From Nitrosopumilus sp. (lineage in GTDB: Archaea > Thermoproteota > Nitrososphaeria > Nitrososphaerales > Nitrosopumilaceae), in contig OY759726.1 in assembly GCA_963662625.1 (NCBI GenBank), forward strand, positions 896,001 through 960,000: 64,000 bases of DNA, given 5' to 3'. Shown here piece by piece: positions 1 through 9,904 of the stretch. Positions within the stretch are counted from its first letter, which is position 1, and each line of letters starts with the position of its first letter. The notes under the pieces are model-generated. The model searched no databases. It saw only the letters and a list, made by a program, of their open reading frames with translations, and had not been told where the DNA came from. The position numbers and the translations under genes are program-made.

Positions 1-2
1 TG

Positions 3-380
3 GACTGCCACTCCATGGCCGCGGCCGCGCCCCCGGTATCGCCGGATGGCGGCGGGGAGGCGCGGCCCGCGTTCTGCATCTCCAACCTGCGCGGCGCGAC
101 AAGCTCGCGGGAGATGATGGATCTTCTCGCGGACTGCATCTCGGAATCGTTTTCCATAGGCCGGGACGAAATCAGCCGCAACCGCCCCTTCGAGGGAGGG
201 CACATTATCAGGACCTATGGAAGCCGGGCGCCCCCCTGGATCCAGGTGGAGATCAGCCGCGACCTGTACCTGTCGGAACGGTGGTTCGACAGGGGTTCCA
301 TGTCGTTCAAGGACTCCAGGCTGCGTCATCTGAATTCCATGTTTGGGAAGGCGCTGGAGTCGTTTTTCGGGCGGATCTGA
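3..380 (+). CDS. N-formylglutamate amidohydrolase family protein (5' truncated by window edge)
   Basis: The open frame from base 3 reads DCHSM...NRPFEGGHIIR...WIQVEISRDLYL, matching the FGase family motifs DCHS, PFxGG and QxEIxRxLY. Confidence 0.75.
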   Translation, partial: DCHSMAAAAPPVSPDGGGEARPAFCISNLRGATSSREMMDLLADCISESFSIGRDEISRNRPFEGGHIIRTYGSRAPPWIQVEISRDLYLSERWFDRGSMSFKDSRLRHLNSMFGKALESFFGRI

Positions 381-437
381 GGGGCTTGGCAGGCCGCGTC
401 ACCCACGGGGCACATGGAGCCTGCCGCCGCAAGACGC

Positions 438-2141
438 CTAAAGGTAGTCTTTTTTCTTGAACCACACGACCATCAGCGCCGTGATCACGATCATGCCAGT
501 AAGCACGGCAAAGTAGCCGTCCTTCCACTGCAGCTCCGGCATGTTCACGAAGTTCATCCCGTAGTGCCCGGAGATGAATGTGAGGGGGATGAAGATGCTT
601 GCGATGATTGTCAGGGTTTTCATGACCTCGTTCATCTTGTTGCTGACGTTTGAGAGGTACGTGTCCAGCATGCCGCCGATCACGTCGCGCAGGGACTCGA
701 TGGTGTCCATGACCTGGATCGTGTGGCTGTAAACGTCCTTCAGGTAGATCTTGGTGTCCTCGGACACCAGGCTGGACGTGGTTTTCCCAAACATGTTGAT
801 CTCTTCCCTGAGCGGCCACACTGTCTTCCGCAGGAGAATCATCTGCCGCTTGAGGTTGCGGATGGTGTTGATGAGGTCTGCTTTGGGATTGTCCATCAGC
901 TCGTCCTCGATCACCTCGGTCTCCTCCCCGACCTTTTCCAGCACCACGAAAAAATTGTCGACAAGCGCATCTACAAGCAGGTATGCCAGGTAGTCGCTCG
1001 TATGCTCCTTTGCGTCGCTGTTCCCCATGCGGAGCCTTTCCCTGATCCTGTCAAACACGTCATCCGAAACCTCTTGGAACGACAGGACGTAGTTTTTGCC
1101 CAGAACCAGGCTGATCTGCTCGATCGCCAGCCTGCTAGTGTTGCTTTCAAAATGGGGCAGCTTCAGCGTCAGGAATATGTAGTCGTCCATAACCTCGATC
1201 TTCGGCCTGACATCCGTGTTCATGATGTCGGCTTGGGCCAGCTTGTGAATCCCAAAGTGCTCCCCCAACTTCCTGACTATGTCGGCGTCGTGTATCCCCG
1301 TAATGTTTATCCAGTACTTCTTTCCGTTATCCTTGGACACAAAGCAGTCCTCCACGTCTTCGGTGTCTCTTTCGGTCAAGTCTTTTCCATCGTACTCGAT
1401 TATGTGGTAGGTTATCTTGTCCACCTTCCTTTCCCCTATGTGCATCAGGGTCCCTGGCTGGAGTCCCAGCGTGTCCGCGGAGGTCTTGACGTCGTCCGAC
1501 CTTTTTCTGGAGCGCGTTCCGAGGGTCGCGATGTCCAAAAGCCCCACGTCTTTCGTAATGTCCTTGACCTTTCCAGTCCTGGCTATGACCCCGATTATGA
1601 TGTATCCTGCTATTATCGAAAACAGCATGCTGATCACCAGCGGGCCGAAGTTGCCGTGTACTACCGCCTGCTCGATTAACAGGAGGTCTGTGGCTGCCTG
1701 CTCGAACGTGCTGCCTGCTATGCCCGTGTGCTCTACCTCCTTTATGGTGATGGAGCCATGGGTGATGATCGCGCCCAAGAGTATTTCGAGTATGTAGAAG
1801 AGAAACGAGATTATCGCCCCAACGATTACCGCGGTTATTACGGTAATGCGCGGGGGTATGTCCAGGTCTTTTTCCCTTCTGTATGGCGATATGTATTTTT
1901 TAAGCCGCATGAGCAGCAATGCGACGCCGGTGATGATCACCGTGGAGATCAGCCACCACGCGATGAGCGGGTACCCGTGGGACGAGTCTATCTGCTCGAT
2001 GCCCGTGAGTAGGTCTTGCAGGGTTCCGGTAAGCGGGATCACCATCAGGAAGCTTGCGATGTTTACGATGGTCTGGTAGATGAAGGCAAAGGCAAAGCCG
2101 AGCGTCAGCCTGTTTAATACCACTCCGACTTTCTCATGCAT
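438..2141 (-). CDS. corA: CorA Mg2+/Co2+ transporter with an extra N-terminal multi-TM domain
   Basis: C-terminal NEVMKTLT...PLTFISGHYGMNF..MPEL CorA signature; typical WINITG, RPKIE and EQISLVL motifs; the first ~190 aa are hydrophobic helices. Confidence 0.9.
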   Translation of the reverse strand: MHEKVGVVLNRLTLGFAFAFIYQTIVNIASFLMVIPLTGTLQDLLTGIEQIDSSHGYPLIAWWLISTVIITGVALLLMRLKKYISPYRREKDLDIPPRITVITAVIVGAIISFLFYILEILLGAIITHGSITIKEVEHTGIAGSTFEQAATDLLLIEQAVVHGNFGPLVISMLFSIIAGYIIIGVIARTGKVKDITKDVGLLDIATLGTRSRKRSDDVKTSADTLGLQPGTLMHIGERKVDKITYHIIEYDGKDLTERDTEDVEDCFVSKDNGKKYWINITGIHDADIVRKLGEHFGIHKLAQADIMNTDVRPKIEVMDDYIFLTLKLPHFESNTSRLAIEQISLVLGKNYVLSFQEVSDDVFDRIRERLRMGNSDAKEHTSDYLAYLLVDALVDNFFVVLEKVGEETEVIEDELMDNPKADLINTIRNLKRQMILLRKTVWPLREEINMFGKTTSSLVSEDTKIYLKDVYSHTIQVMDTIESLRDVIGGMLDTYLSNVSNKMNEVMKTLTIIASIFIPLTFISGHYGMNFVNMPELQWKDGYFAVLTGMIVITALMVVWFKKKDYL

Positions 2142-2231
2142 CCGGGCTCCCCATCATGCCTATGGGCCCATCCCCGATTAATAAAAAACTAGTGATAAAA
2201 CTAGTTTGTTGTGCAATTCGGTTTTCAGGCA

Positions 2232-2640
2232 CTAAAAACAGTTCGCGCAGGACTGGTAGCCGTGGTCTGTCATGACGGGCGCGGGCTTTCCGTGATCCCT
2301 GATTGCCCCCTCCAGCACGCCAAGCGCGTTTTCAGTCGTGGCCCCGTCGAATATGCCGTACCCGGTGACGAATCCGGAGGCGTCGTCCCCGTGGCACGGG
2401 AACCGCCGCCCGTCATGCATCCCGCCCCGCATCTGCTTCCAGTCGGTGTGCCACAGCGAGTCGGGGTACGTGCGCCCGTGGCGCACCCACTTGCGCCTCC
2501 TGCCCTTCCCGGGGTGCCTTTCTGCCATGTTTTCGTCCATGAGTATGCTGTGTATGGCGCCGTGGGGGACATTGATGCCGGTGTCGGCCATTATGCGCGC
2601 CTGCAGCGCGGTGGCTCCGGCGCGCCAGACACGCCGTGCT
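2232..2640 (-). mobile_element. Degenerate IS481/integrase-core (rve) transposase fragment
   Basis: Minus-strand translation HSILMDENM...RRRKWVR...SLWHTDWKQ...DDASGFVTGYGIFDGATTENAL...HGKPAPVMTDHGYQ. It keeps the first two catalytic Asp but is truncated before the Glu. Confidence 0.8.
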
Positions 2641-2682
2641 TGGCGCCGTCCGGGCTGGCCACCGGGAACGGCGTGCGGCCCG

Positions 2683-3648
2683 TCCTCCGTGACCGACATG
2701 AGGTCCATGTTCCATGGGGCCCACAAGTTCACCGGGGATCTCTCGTCCTGGGACGTCTCCAAGGTCACCGACATGACCAGCATGTTCCGCAACGCCTTTG
2801 CCTTCAACGGCAGCGTCTCGTCCTGGGACGTCTCCAAGGTCACCGACATGACCAGCATGTTCCACAACGCCGCCTCCTTCAACCAGCCCCTCAACTCCTG
2901 GGACGTCTCCAAGGTCACCGACATGGTGGAGATGTTCCACAACGCCTACCTCTTCAACCAGCCCCTCAACTCCTGGGACGTCTCGGGCGTGACCGACACG
3001 TCATTCATGTTCCAGCGTTCCAACTTCAACGGCAGCGTCTCGTCCTGGGACGTCTCCAAGGTCACCGACATGTCGGGCATGTTCTCCGGGGCCACCTACT
3101 TCAACCAGCCCCTCAACTCCTGGGACGTCTCCAAGGTCACCGACATGTCCGACATGTTCTACAACGCCACCTCCTTCAACCAGCCCCTCAACTCCTGGGA
3201 CGTCTCGGGCGTGATCAGCATGCGCGACATGTTCTCCGGGGCCACCTCCTTCAACCAGCCCCTCAACTCCTGGGACGTCTCCAAGGTCACCGACATGTAC
3301 GACATGTTCTCCGGGGCCACCTCCTTCAACCAGCCCCTCAGCTCCTGGGACGTCTCCAAGGTCACCGACATGTACGGCATGTTCTGGAAGGCGTCGTCCT
3401 TCAACCAGCCCCTCAACTCCTGGGACGTCTCCAAGGTAACAGACATGTCCTGCATGTTCCAGAACGCCGCCTCCTTCAACCAGCCCCTCAACTCCTGGGA
3501 CGTCTCCAAGGTAGAAGACATGTCTTACATGTTCCACAACGCCACCTCCTTCAACCGGCCCATCGGCTCTTGGGACATATTCTCCGTGAACAACATGTCC
3601 GGCATGTTCTGGGACGTCACCATCTTCAACCAGAACCTGGGCAACTGG
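2683..3648 (+). repeat. ~75-bp tandem coding repeat (13 units)
   Basis: Recurrent ttcaaccagcccctcaactcctgggacgtctccaaggtcaccgacatg. Confidence 0.95.
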
Positions 3649-3933
3649 TACGTCGTGCCCGCGAGCGCCACGGTGGCGGCCAACGAGACCGCGGTCGCGA
3701 CCATAAGCGCCAAGGGCCCATACCTCAACGGGCAGCCCCGCGCGTACTCGCTGGCCACGGGCGGGGACAACGCCCAGTTCGAGATAATCGGCTCCAGCCT
3801 CCGATCCACGGACACCAGTTACGCAAAGGACTCTTACGACGTCACCGTAAAGATCAGCTCCCCGGCAGGCGACCTAGGCAAGGTCCTGAACCACACCCGG
3901 GTGGTGAGCATTACCGTCACGCCGGTCTCCTGA
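2683..3933 (+). pseudogene. DUF285/BspA-like (PARCEL) surface repeat protein with a C-terminal cadherin/Ig-like domain; N-terminus missing
   Basis: 13 repeats of FNQPLNSWDVSKVTDMxxMFxxAxS, followed by a beta-rich domain (YSLATGGDNAQFEI...YDVTV). It begins mid-repeat directly after the IS fragment and has no signal peptide. First in-frame ATG within the repeats is at 2698. Confidence 0.8.
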
Positions 3934-4029
3934 TAGCAGCCGCGAATCGCATCCGGCCCTGCAAACACCCCGCGGGCTGGGGGACTGGAGGACAGGCAAG
4001 CACCCCAGGACCACCGGGTTCCCGGGCGG

Positions 4030-4330
4030 GGACATCGCCGACTGCGACGCCAGGATCAAGGCGGCGGACGGGAACGGGAACGCCAGGCTCCCCACCGCGA
4101 TTCCCGGCGTGGGCAACGCCACCGCGCTGGGGCTGGCGTCGGAGATCGGGGACGTCCCGGGTTCGGCGACATGGACCGCATGGCGTCGTACTTCGGGCCG
4201 ATCCCGTCGGTGAGGAACTCCGCCGGCACCATGCACCACGGCCGCATAACCAAGGCGGGAACCCCGCTGGTGCGGCACCTGCTGACGGAGGCGGTGATAG
4301 CGCGCGTGACCGTGGCTACCAAGAAGGGGC
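4030..4330 (+). mobile_element. Frameshifted IS110-family transposase remnant (Transposase_20 region)
   Basis: AIPGVGNATALGLASEIGDV in one frame, then DRMASYFGPIPSVRNSAGTMHHGRITKAGTPLVRHLLTEAV in another frame. Confidence 0.8.
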
Positions 4331-4369
4331 CGCCCGCCCCCGTCTCGCCGCGCCTGCCGGGGATCCCCG

Positions 4370-4586
4370 CCCACATGGCGCGCATGAGCCACCCCCGGAC
4401 CGTCGGGCAGGGCCCGTCCAGAGCCCCGCCCACCTTGCGCATGGGCGCGCCCTCCTCGCGCATGACGTGCGCGGGCAGCCGCGCGCGTGCCTTCGGATCC
4501 GTCTCCGTCCCGTGGATCTTCCCGGGGTACTCCGCCCCGGTCTTGGGAAGGAACCCCCTCCCCGTTGGCATGATGATGTCTTTCAT
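4370..4586 (-). mobile_element. Degenerate IS630-like transposase N-terminal HTH remnant
   Basis: MPTGRGFLP...ETDPKARARLPAHVMREEGAPMRKVGGALDGPCPTVRGWL resembles the N-terminal HTH of IS630-type transposases. Confidence 0.55.
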
Positions 4587-4655
4587 GTGTGGCGTCAGGC
4601 GTGCCCCGATCTGGACCTTTCGGCCTGATATCGTTGGCTGTTTTGTGGGCGATTA

Positions 4656-5564
4656 TTAGTTGGGATTACTACGGCATGCAAGATGTAGCCCGGGGGATTT
4701 TCTGGCGTCCATGATTGCGTTTTTGAGCCAGCCGTCCATCAGGGAAATCTTTTTTGGAATGAACAGGTCTGCCGTCCTGACGCCGTCCATGCAATCCACC
4801 CTCTGCGTAAGGTCGTCCATCTTGAATATGTCCTCGCTGTACATGAACAGGACGATTTGGTTTTTCGCGATGAACGGGGTTTGCAGGAACGAGCCCGACA
4901 ACCCGTTCTCCATCCTTGCAAGCGTGTCTTTCAGGTCGCCGTCGATCCGGGTTAGTATCACGTGCGGGATAAAGCCCTCGATCTTCGTCGGATCATACAC
5001 CAGCGTGAACTGCACCCCGCCGCTCTTCTGGAGTTTTTCAATGCACCTGGCCACGGTCTTTGTTGACAGATCCGTGCCCCTTGACAGCCCCTCGATCTTC
5101 TGCCTGGGATCGGACATCAGCTGCTCCATGACCTCAAGATCGGTCTTTGTCAGGTTTGCGGCAAATCCGGGACTCTCCGCCTCAAAAATTGAAAGAACCC
5201 TGACGCCTGACATGAGCTTCTTTGCCAGCTCGATCTTCCCCGCGAGATCCTCCTTTGCGACGATGCTGCATACCGTGATGCCCCCCACGCACGGAACCAC
5301 GAAGAACGGCTCGCCCACCAGCCTTACCTGCCCCAGGATCTCCTCCACGTTCTGCCCCGAAACCACGATGTACAGCACGCCGCGGCCAAAGATCGGCGGC
5401 TCGACCTTGATGGAAAACCTTTCAATCACCCCCGATTCCTCCATCTTGCGGATTCTTGCCCTTACCGCGCCGCCCGAGATTCCCAGCCCCTTTCCAATCT
5501 GCCTGTCCGGCTCCCTGCAATTGTTGAGCAGCCTGCTTAGGATCTTGATGTCTAAATTGTCCAA
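4656..5564 (-). CDS. Lrp/AsnC-family transcriptional regulator with two HTH modules
   Basis: MDNLDIKIL...GISGGAVRARIRKMEESGVI and a second module LTKTDLEVM...LSTKTVARCIEKL. Confidence 0.85.
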   Translation of the reverse strand: MDNLDIKILSRLLNNCREPDRQIGKGLGISGGAVRARIRKMEESGVIERFSIKVEPPIFGRGVLYIVVSGQNVEEILGQVRLVGEPFFVVPCVGGITVCSIVAKEDLAGKIELAKKLMSGVRVLSIFEAESPGFAANLTKTDLEVMEQLMSDPRQKIEGLSRGTDLSTKTVARCIEKLQKSGGVQFTLVYDPTKIEGFIPHVILTRIDGDLKDTLARMENGLSGSFLQTPFIAKNQIVLFMYSEDIFKMDDLTQRVDCMDGVRTADLFIPKKISLMDGWLKNAIMDARKSPGLHLACRSNPN

Positions 5565-5680
5565 TATGTCACTTGAGTTAGCACTAGATAATATAAAAAT
5601 GCCTAATTTTAACTAAATTTGTCTATAATGATAGCAGAATTCAACAATTACATTATATACAAGACTATTATAGCATTCCC

Positions 5681-6868
5681 ATGGAATACCGGCTGCATCT
5701 GGCAAAACGCATGCTGTTCAACAAGAAGGGCAGCCTGATCGGCGCGGTACTGGCAGTCATGATTGGAATCCTGGTGATCCACGTAAACTTTGTAATCTTT
5801 CAGGGACTGTTTGACGCGATCGTCAGGGACATCAGCAACTACAGGAACGGCGACATCCTTGTAACTGACGACTTTGACTATATCGACAAGTCAGAGATGT
5901 CCGTCATCAACTGGTTTGAGAGGATCCCCTACGTGGAGGCGACCGCGCCGCGGCTGTCCTCTACTGCCGAAATCAACATGACGAAGAACGGGAAGCTGAT
6001 CGAGGAGACAAGGATCCCGATAGTCGGGATAGATCCCTTCCATGACATCCGGGCGTCGACCGTGCACGAAACCATCACCGACGGCACTTACGTCTTTTCC
6101 AGGAACTCGATCGTGCTGGGCTCAAACGTCGCAGAGGATCTGGGGGACGCCCAGGTCGGGGACAACCTGAAGGTCCTGGTGGTTGACAGGTGGGGCCAAG
6201 ACCAGATAAGAAGGTTCACGGTATCCGGCATCGCGAAATCCCCGGGCGGCCAGGGCTTTGACTACACCACCGTGATCCACATCGATACCCTGCGCGACAT
6301 GATGAGCCGCCAGGGGGACACCGGATCCTTCATGGTTAGGCTCAACGACCCGTCAAAGGCATTCGAGGTCAAGGAGCTGTTCCTGAGGTCGTTCCCCAAC
6401 GACGATTTCATAGCCGAAACGATCGAGGAGTCCGCCGAAGAGCAGCTTGCCGGATTCAGATCGGGCATAGCGATGATCAACATGATCGGGTACTTCGGCA
6501 TGATGTCGTCGGCGTTTGCCATAGTCACGATCCAAATGATGCTGGTCAACGGAAAGTCCAGGGACATAGGAATCCTGCGTTCTATTGGCGCCAGAAGGAA
6601 GGACATACTGGTGATCTTCATCTTCCAAGGGATGATCATAGGCGCCATAGGCGCGGGCGCAGGCACGGCCGCGGGCCTGGGCTACACCTTTTACGCAAAG
6701 GAGACAAAGATGTCGTTTAACAACAGCCTGCCGCTAGAGGTAAGCTACGAGTGGGGGAAGATCGCCCAGACCGCCCTCACCGCGTTCATTCTGGCGATAA
6801 TCGCGTCCCTGTACCCCTCGTACCGCGCCACAAAGCTGATGCCCGTGGAAGTAATGCGCAATGCCTAG
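5681..6868 (+). CDS. ABC transporter permease, MacB/LolE/FtsX type
   Basis: N-terminal TM, large extracellular domain, RDIGILRSIGA motif, 3 C-terminal TMs and YPSYRATKLMPVEVMR. Confidence 0.9.
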   Translation: MEYRLHLAKRMLFNKKGSLIGAVLAVMIGILVIHVNFVIFQGLFDAIVRDISNYRNGDILVTDDFDYIDKSEMSVINWFERIPYVEATAPRLSSTAEINMTKNGKLIEETRIPIVGIDPFHDIRASTVHETITDGTYVFSRNSIVLGSNVAEDLGDAQVGDNLKVLVVDRWGQDQIRRFTVSGIAKSPGGQGFDYTTVIHIDTLRDMMSRQGDTGSFMVRLNDPSKAFEVKELFLRSFPNDDFIAETIEESAEEQLAGFRSGIAMINMIGYFGMMSSAFAIVTIQMMLVNGKSRDIGILRSIGARRKDILVIFIFQGMIIGAIGAGAGTAAGLGYTFYAKETKMSFNNSLPLEVSYEWGKIAQTALTAFILAIIASLYPSYRATKLMPVEVMRNA

Positions 6869-7556
6869 GGTCCTGGAAATAGAAAACCTGAGCAAGGTCT
6901 ACAACGAGGGCGACAGCAGGGTAAAGGCCCTGGACAACGTCTCGTTTTCCATAGAGAGGGGCGAGACCGCCCTGATAATCGGGAGTTCCGGCTCGGGAAA
7001 GTCAACCCTGCTCAACATGATCGGGCTGCTGGACAGTCCGACGTCGGGCCGGGTGCTCGTTGACGGGACCGACACCACCAAGCTTGACGACAACCAAGTA
7101 TCCTCGTTCCGAAACAGGAAGCTGGGATTCGTCTTCCAGTTCTCCAACCTGCTAAACGACCTGACGGTCTTGGAGAACGTCATGCTCCCGAGGCAGATAG
7201 CGGGCAACGGCGAAACCGCGCAAAAAGAGGCAGTCGACCTGCTCAGGGCAGTCGGCCTGGAGGACCAGATGCACAAGCGCGCAAACAAGATCTCGGGCGG
7301 GCAGGCGCAACGGGCGGCGATCGCCAGGGGGCTGGTCGCACACCCCTCCCTGGTCCTGGCCGACGAGCCCACGGGCAACCTGGACAGCGTCACTTCGGAG
7401 ACGATCGTGCACGTGATGAAGTCCCTGGCAAAAAAACTGGGCCAGACGTTCATAATAGTGACGCATGACAGGCAGCATTTCGGAGACACGGACAGGGTAA
7501 TCACGATCAAGGACGGCAAGGCGTTCGAGGGTGACGCCGCCGGGGCACGGGCATGA
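6861..7556 (+). CDS. ABC transporter ATP-binding protein (LolD/MacB type)
   Basis: GSSGSGKST, ISGGQAQR, LADEPTGNLD, VTHD. Confidence 0.95.
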   Translation: MPRVLEIENLSKVYNEGDSRVKALDNVSFSIERGETALIIGSSGSGKSTLLNMIGLLDSPTSGRVLVDGTDTTKLDDNQVSSFRNRKLGFVFQFSNLLNDLTVLENVMLPRQIAGNGETAQKEAVDLLRAVGLEDQMHKRANKISGGQAQRAAIARGLVAHPSLVLADEPTGNLDSVTSETIVHVMKSLAKKLGQTFIIVTHDRQHFGDTDRVITIKDGKAFEGDAAGARA

Positions 7557-8854
7557 TCGGCGCCGCAACCGCGTCCCTGCTTGCGGCGCTGGCGCTGCTC
7601 CCGCTGGTGCCAGCCGGCTCGTCTGCACAAACCATGTCGGGGGGCTTCGGGGACTCCCCGTTTGAGAGGGACTTTGGGGACGTAAAGTTCCTTGACGCGT
7701 ATTTTGGCACGCTTGACTCCAAGATAGAGGTCGAGCCGGGCGACTCGAACGTTCCCCTCACCGCGGTGTTTGCAAACGTCGGGACCCAGGACATCACCGG
7801 AATCAGGGGCCAGCTGTCGCTGCCGTTTTCCTTCTCGCCGTCGGACGGATCGGGCCCGGTCATCCTGGCAGTCAGCGAATCTAACTCCGCGGCAGGGGAC
7901 AACTTCCACCTCACGTTCTTCGTCAACATCGACAAAAACGCGAAAATCCAGCAGTATCCGGGAACCGTCAAGGTGGACTATTCGAGGCTCCGGGAGTCGG
8001 GGGTCAGGACCGCATTCTCCGACTTTACCTTCAAGGTTACGGGGGACAGCATAGTCAACGTCAAGGCACTCGAGCCGTTTCTCACCTCGTTGCAGTCAAA
8101 CAAGGTGGTGATCGAGATATCAAACGACGGCACCGCCCCCCTGTCGAGCGTCGACGTGGTGGCCACCACCTTGGCCGAGTCCGCGCCCGGCACGCCCTCG
8201 GCGACCAACGTCGCGAGCGTCGTCATCCTGGAAACGAACTGGGACGTGGGAAACATCGAGCCCAAATCCGCGGGGTACCTCACTGCGACCGTGTACGTGC
8301 CGGAGAACCTCAAGCGTGACACGCTGCACCTGCCCCTGGAGATCACGTACTACAACGCACACGGCGATCAGCGCACCATCAGCAAGATAGTCGACTTTTA
8401 CGTCAAGGGGATGATCGATCTTTCCGTATACGGGGTCAGGGCAATAGACCTGTCGGGCTCGAAGATGGTGATCGGCGAGATAATCAACGAGGGCAACGAG
8501 GACGCGCTGTTCGGGTTTGTGACCCTGGAGGCCCTGGAGGGCTCCAACATAGCGACCCAGACGCAGTTCATCGACGAGATTGAAACTGACGCGCCGGTCC
8601 CGTTTAACATCCCGCTGGAATTCGACGGCGAGCCAGAGTACGGCCAGCACGACGTCAAAATCACCGTCAGGTACAAGGACAGCACGCGCGACGAGATATT
8701 CCTCGCCCACGAGGCGTCAGTCCTTGTCCAGGAGCCCCCGGCGGCAGACGAATACCCGGTCCCCTACCAGCTGGTGGTAATTCCCGCGGTGGCCGCAGCG
8801 GGGGCGGCGGCAATCGTGCTGCGCAGGAGGAACAAGGCAAAGGCCGGCGCCTGA
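7553..8854 (+). CDS. COG1361/CARDB-like S-layer-associated secreted protein with C-terminal TM anchor
   Basis: Signal peptide; repeated NxG Ig-like domains (ANVG, SNDG, INEG); C-terminal TM followed by RRRNK. Confidence 0.65.
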   Translation: MIGAATASLLAALALLPLVPAGSSAQTMSGGFGDSPFERDFGDVKFLDAYFGTLDSKIEVEPGDSNVPLTAVFANVGTQDITGIRGQLSLPFSFSPSDGSGPVILAVSESNSAAGDNFHLTFFVNIDKNAKIQQYPGTVKVDYSRLRESGVRTAFSDFTFKVTGDSIVNVKALEPFLTSLQSNKVVIEISNDGTAPLSSVDVVATTLAESAPGTPSATNVASVVILETNWDVGNIEPKSAGYLTATVYVPENLKRDTLHLPLEITYYNAHGDQRTISKIVDFYVKGMIDLSVYGVRAIDLSGSKMVIGEIINEGNEDALFGFVTLEALEGSNIATQTQFIDEIETDAPVPFNIPLEFDGEPEYGQHDVKITVRYKDSTRDEIFLAHEASVLVQEPPAADEYPVPYQLVVIPAVAAAGAAAIVLRRRNKAKAGA

Positions 8855-8960
8855 CCGGCCAGCGTGCGGCAGGATCCACAGGCCGTCCGAAACCTTGCCG
8901 CGGCCAAGCCCCGGGGGCCTGCATTTCTAAATTCATATACGCCGAAGGGAACCAAACCCT

Positions 8961-9161
8961 GTGCAGACGCATAGACAGCTCACAGTCCTGGCCGTAATCC
9001 TGCTAGCGGCCACGTTCTTGATAAACTACTACCACCAGCGGGATCCCGCGGGGGACGGGTTCAACTACGCGTACATCCCGGGCATCGCGATGCTGTTCGC
9101 ATTCATGCTCAGCTTCTTCCTGTTCAGCAGGGACAGGAGAAGGTCCGACCCGAAAAAATAA
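8961..9161 (+). CDS. Small two-TM membrane protein
   Basis: Two hydrophobic segments, with an AT-rich box (ttcatata) upstream. Confidence 0.65.
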   Translation: MQTHRQLTVLAVILLAATFLINYYHQRDPAGDGFNYAYIPGIAMLFAFMLSFFLFSRDRRRSDPKK

Positions 9162-9214
9162 CTCGCGCGCGGCCCGCGCCTGGTTAACCGCCCAGGCGTA
9201 GTCGCCGCAATGCA

Positions 9215-9475
9215 TCCCGCGGCTTTTCCGATCCGTGCCTGGGCTGCATGGCGGCGTCCGCGGCCTCGCACATGGCCCAGCCGCCCCGGCTGCCTGGGTC
9301 GATCTTCTTGATCCTCCCCACGTACGGCCTGCCCCCGACTGGCATGCGGCCGGGCACATACCCGCCCGCGATGCCGTCTGCTTTGGCCCCCGGGCCGGGA
9401 GACGTCCCCTGTCCCGGGGGCCATCAGCACCGCGGCGACCGTCCCGTCGCCGGCCATGCCCGCGGATCCTAACGC
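9215..9475 (-). mobile_element. Highly eroded IS110 transposase remnant
   Basis: Minus-strand pieces in three frames: GDGTVAAVLMAPGTGDVSR / GMCPAACQSG / PYVGRIKKIDPGSRGGWAMCEAADAA. Their order matches the Transposase_20 consensus (GxG..AAxLxAEIGDISR; GLxPxxxQSG; GRITK; RWALxEAA). Confidence 0.6.
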
Positions 9476-9525
9476 GGGCGCATGCCCCAAGCTAAGGTTA
9501 TAAGCAATTGCCCGATCTTGCGATC

Positions 9526-9903
9526 ATGCCCGGGGATGAGATAGAAGTCCCAAAGGAACTGCGCGAATTCATGCCCAGCAATGCAGAAGAGACCGTCCTT
9601 GGACACAAGAACGGCGCAAGGAGGCAGTACAGGTACGGGAAACTGCACATCAGGGAATATGACGACAAGTTCCTCGTGCATTCAGACAACGTGGATCCCA
9701 AGAAGGACGTCCTCGGCCACCTGGTTCACGACGCGCCGGAAGTGCTGGTGGGGCTGGCGTGCGCCGTATTCGGCGGGATCCTGGTGGCAAACAAACTGCA
9801 AAACGCAAAGCCGCCGGCGCCCCCGGGCGCCCTGCTGCCGGCCGTCGTCGGCTACCTCGGGTATGCCGCAGCCAGGAAGGCAAAAAACTGCCTGGGGAAG
9901 TGA
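9526..9903 (+). CDS. Conserved archaeal hypothetical protein with C-terminal TM segments
   Basis: QYRYGKLHIREYDDKFLVH.D.VDP....LGHL.HDAPE; TATA (ttataa) ~23 bp upstream of the ATG at 9526. Confidence 0.75.
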   Translation: MPGDEIEVPKELREFMPSNAEETVLGHKNGARRQYRYGKLHIREYDDKFLVHSDNVDPKKDVLGHLVHDAPEVLVGLACAVFGGILVANKLQNAKPPAPPGALLPAVVGYLGYAAARKAKNCLGK

Positions 9904-9904
9904 C

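Noticed and set aside
2185-2205. aaaactagt direct repeat with ACTAGT palindromes near the corA promoter
   Set aside because: Too short and AT-rich to distinguish operator, target-site duplication or chance.
2683-3648. Possible CRISPR array or DGR template
   Set aside because: Units are ~75-bp in-frame coding repeats without unique spacers. Variation is not obviously adenine-restricted and no reverse transcriptase is present in the window.
2211-4628. 805-aa ORF with LLQPAPQLLGRLQGHRH repeats
   Set aside because: Alternative-frame read-through of the GC-rich DUF285 repeats and IS debris; the DUF285 frame matches a known family.
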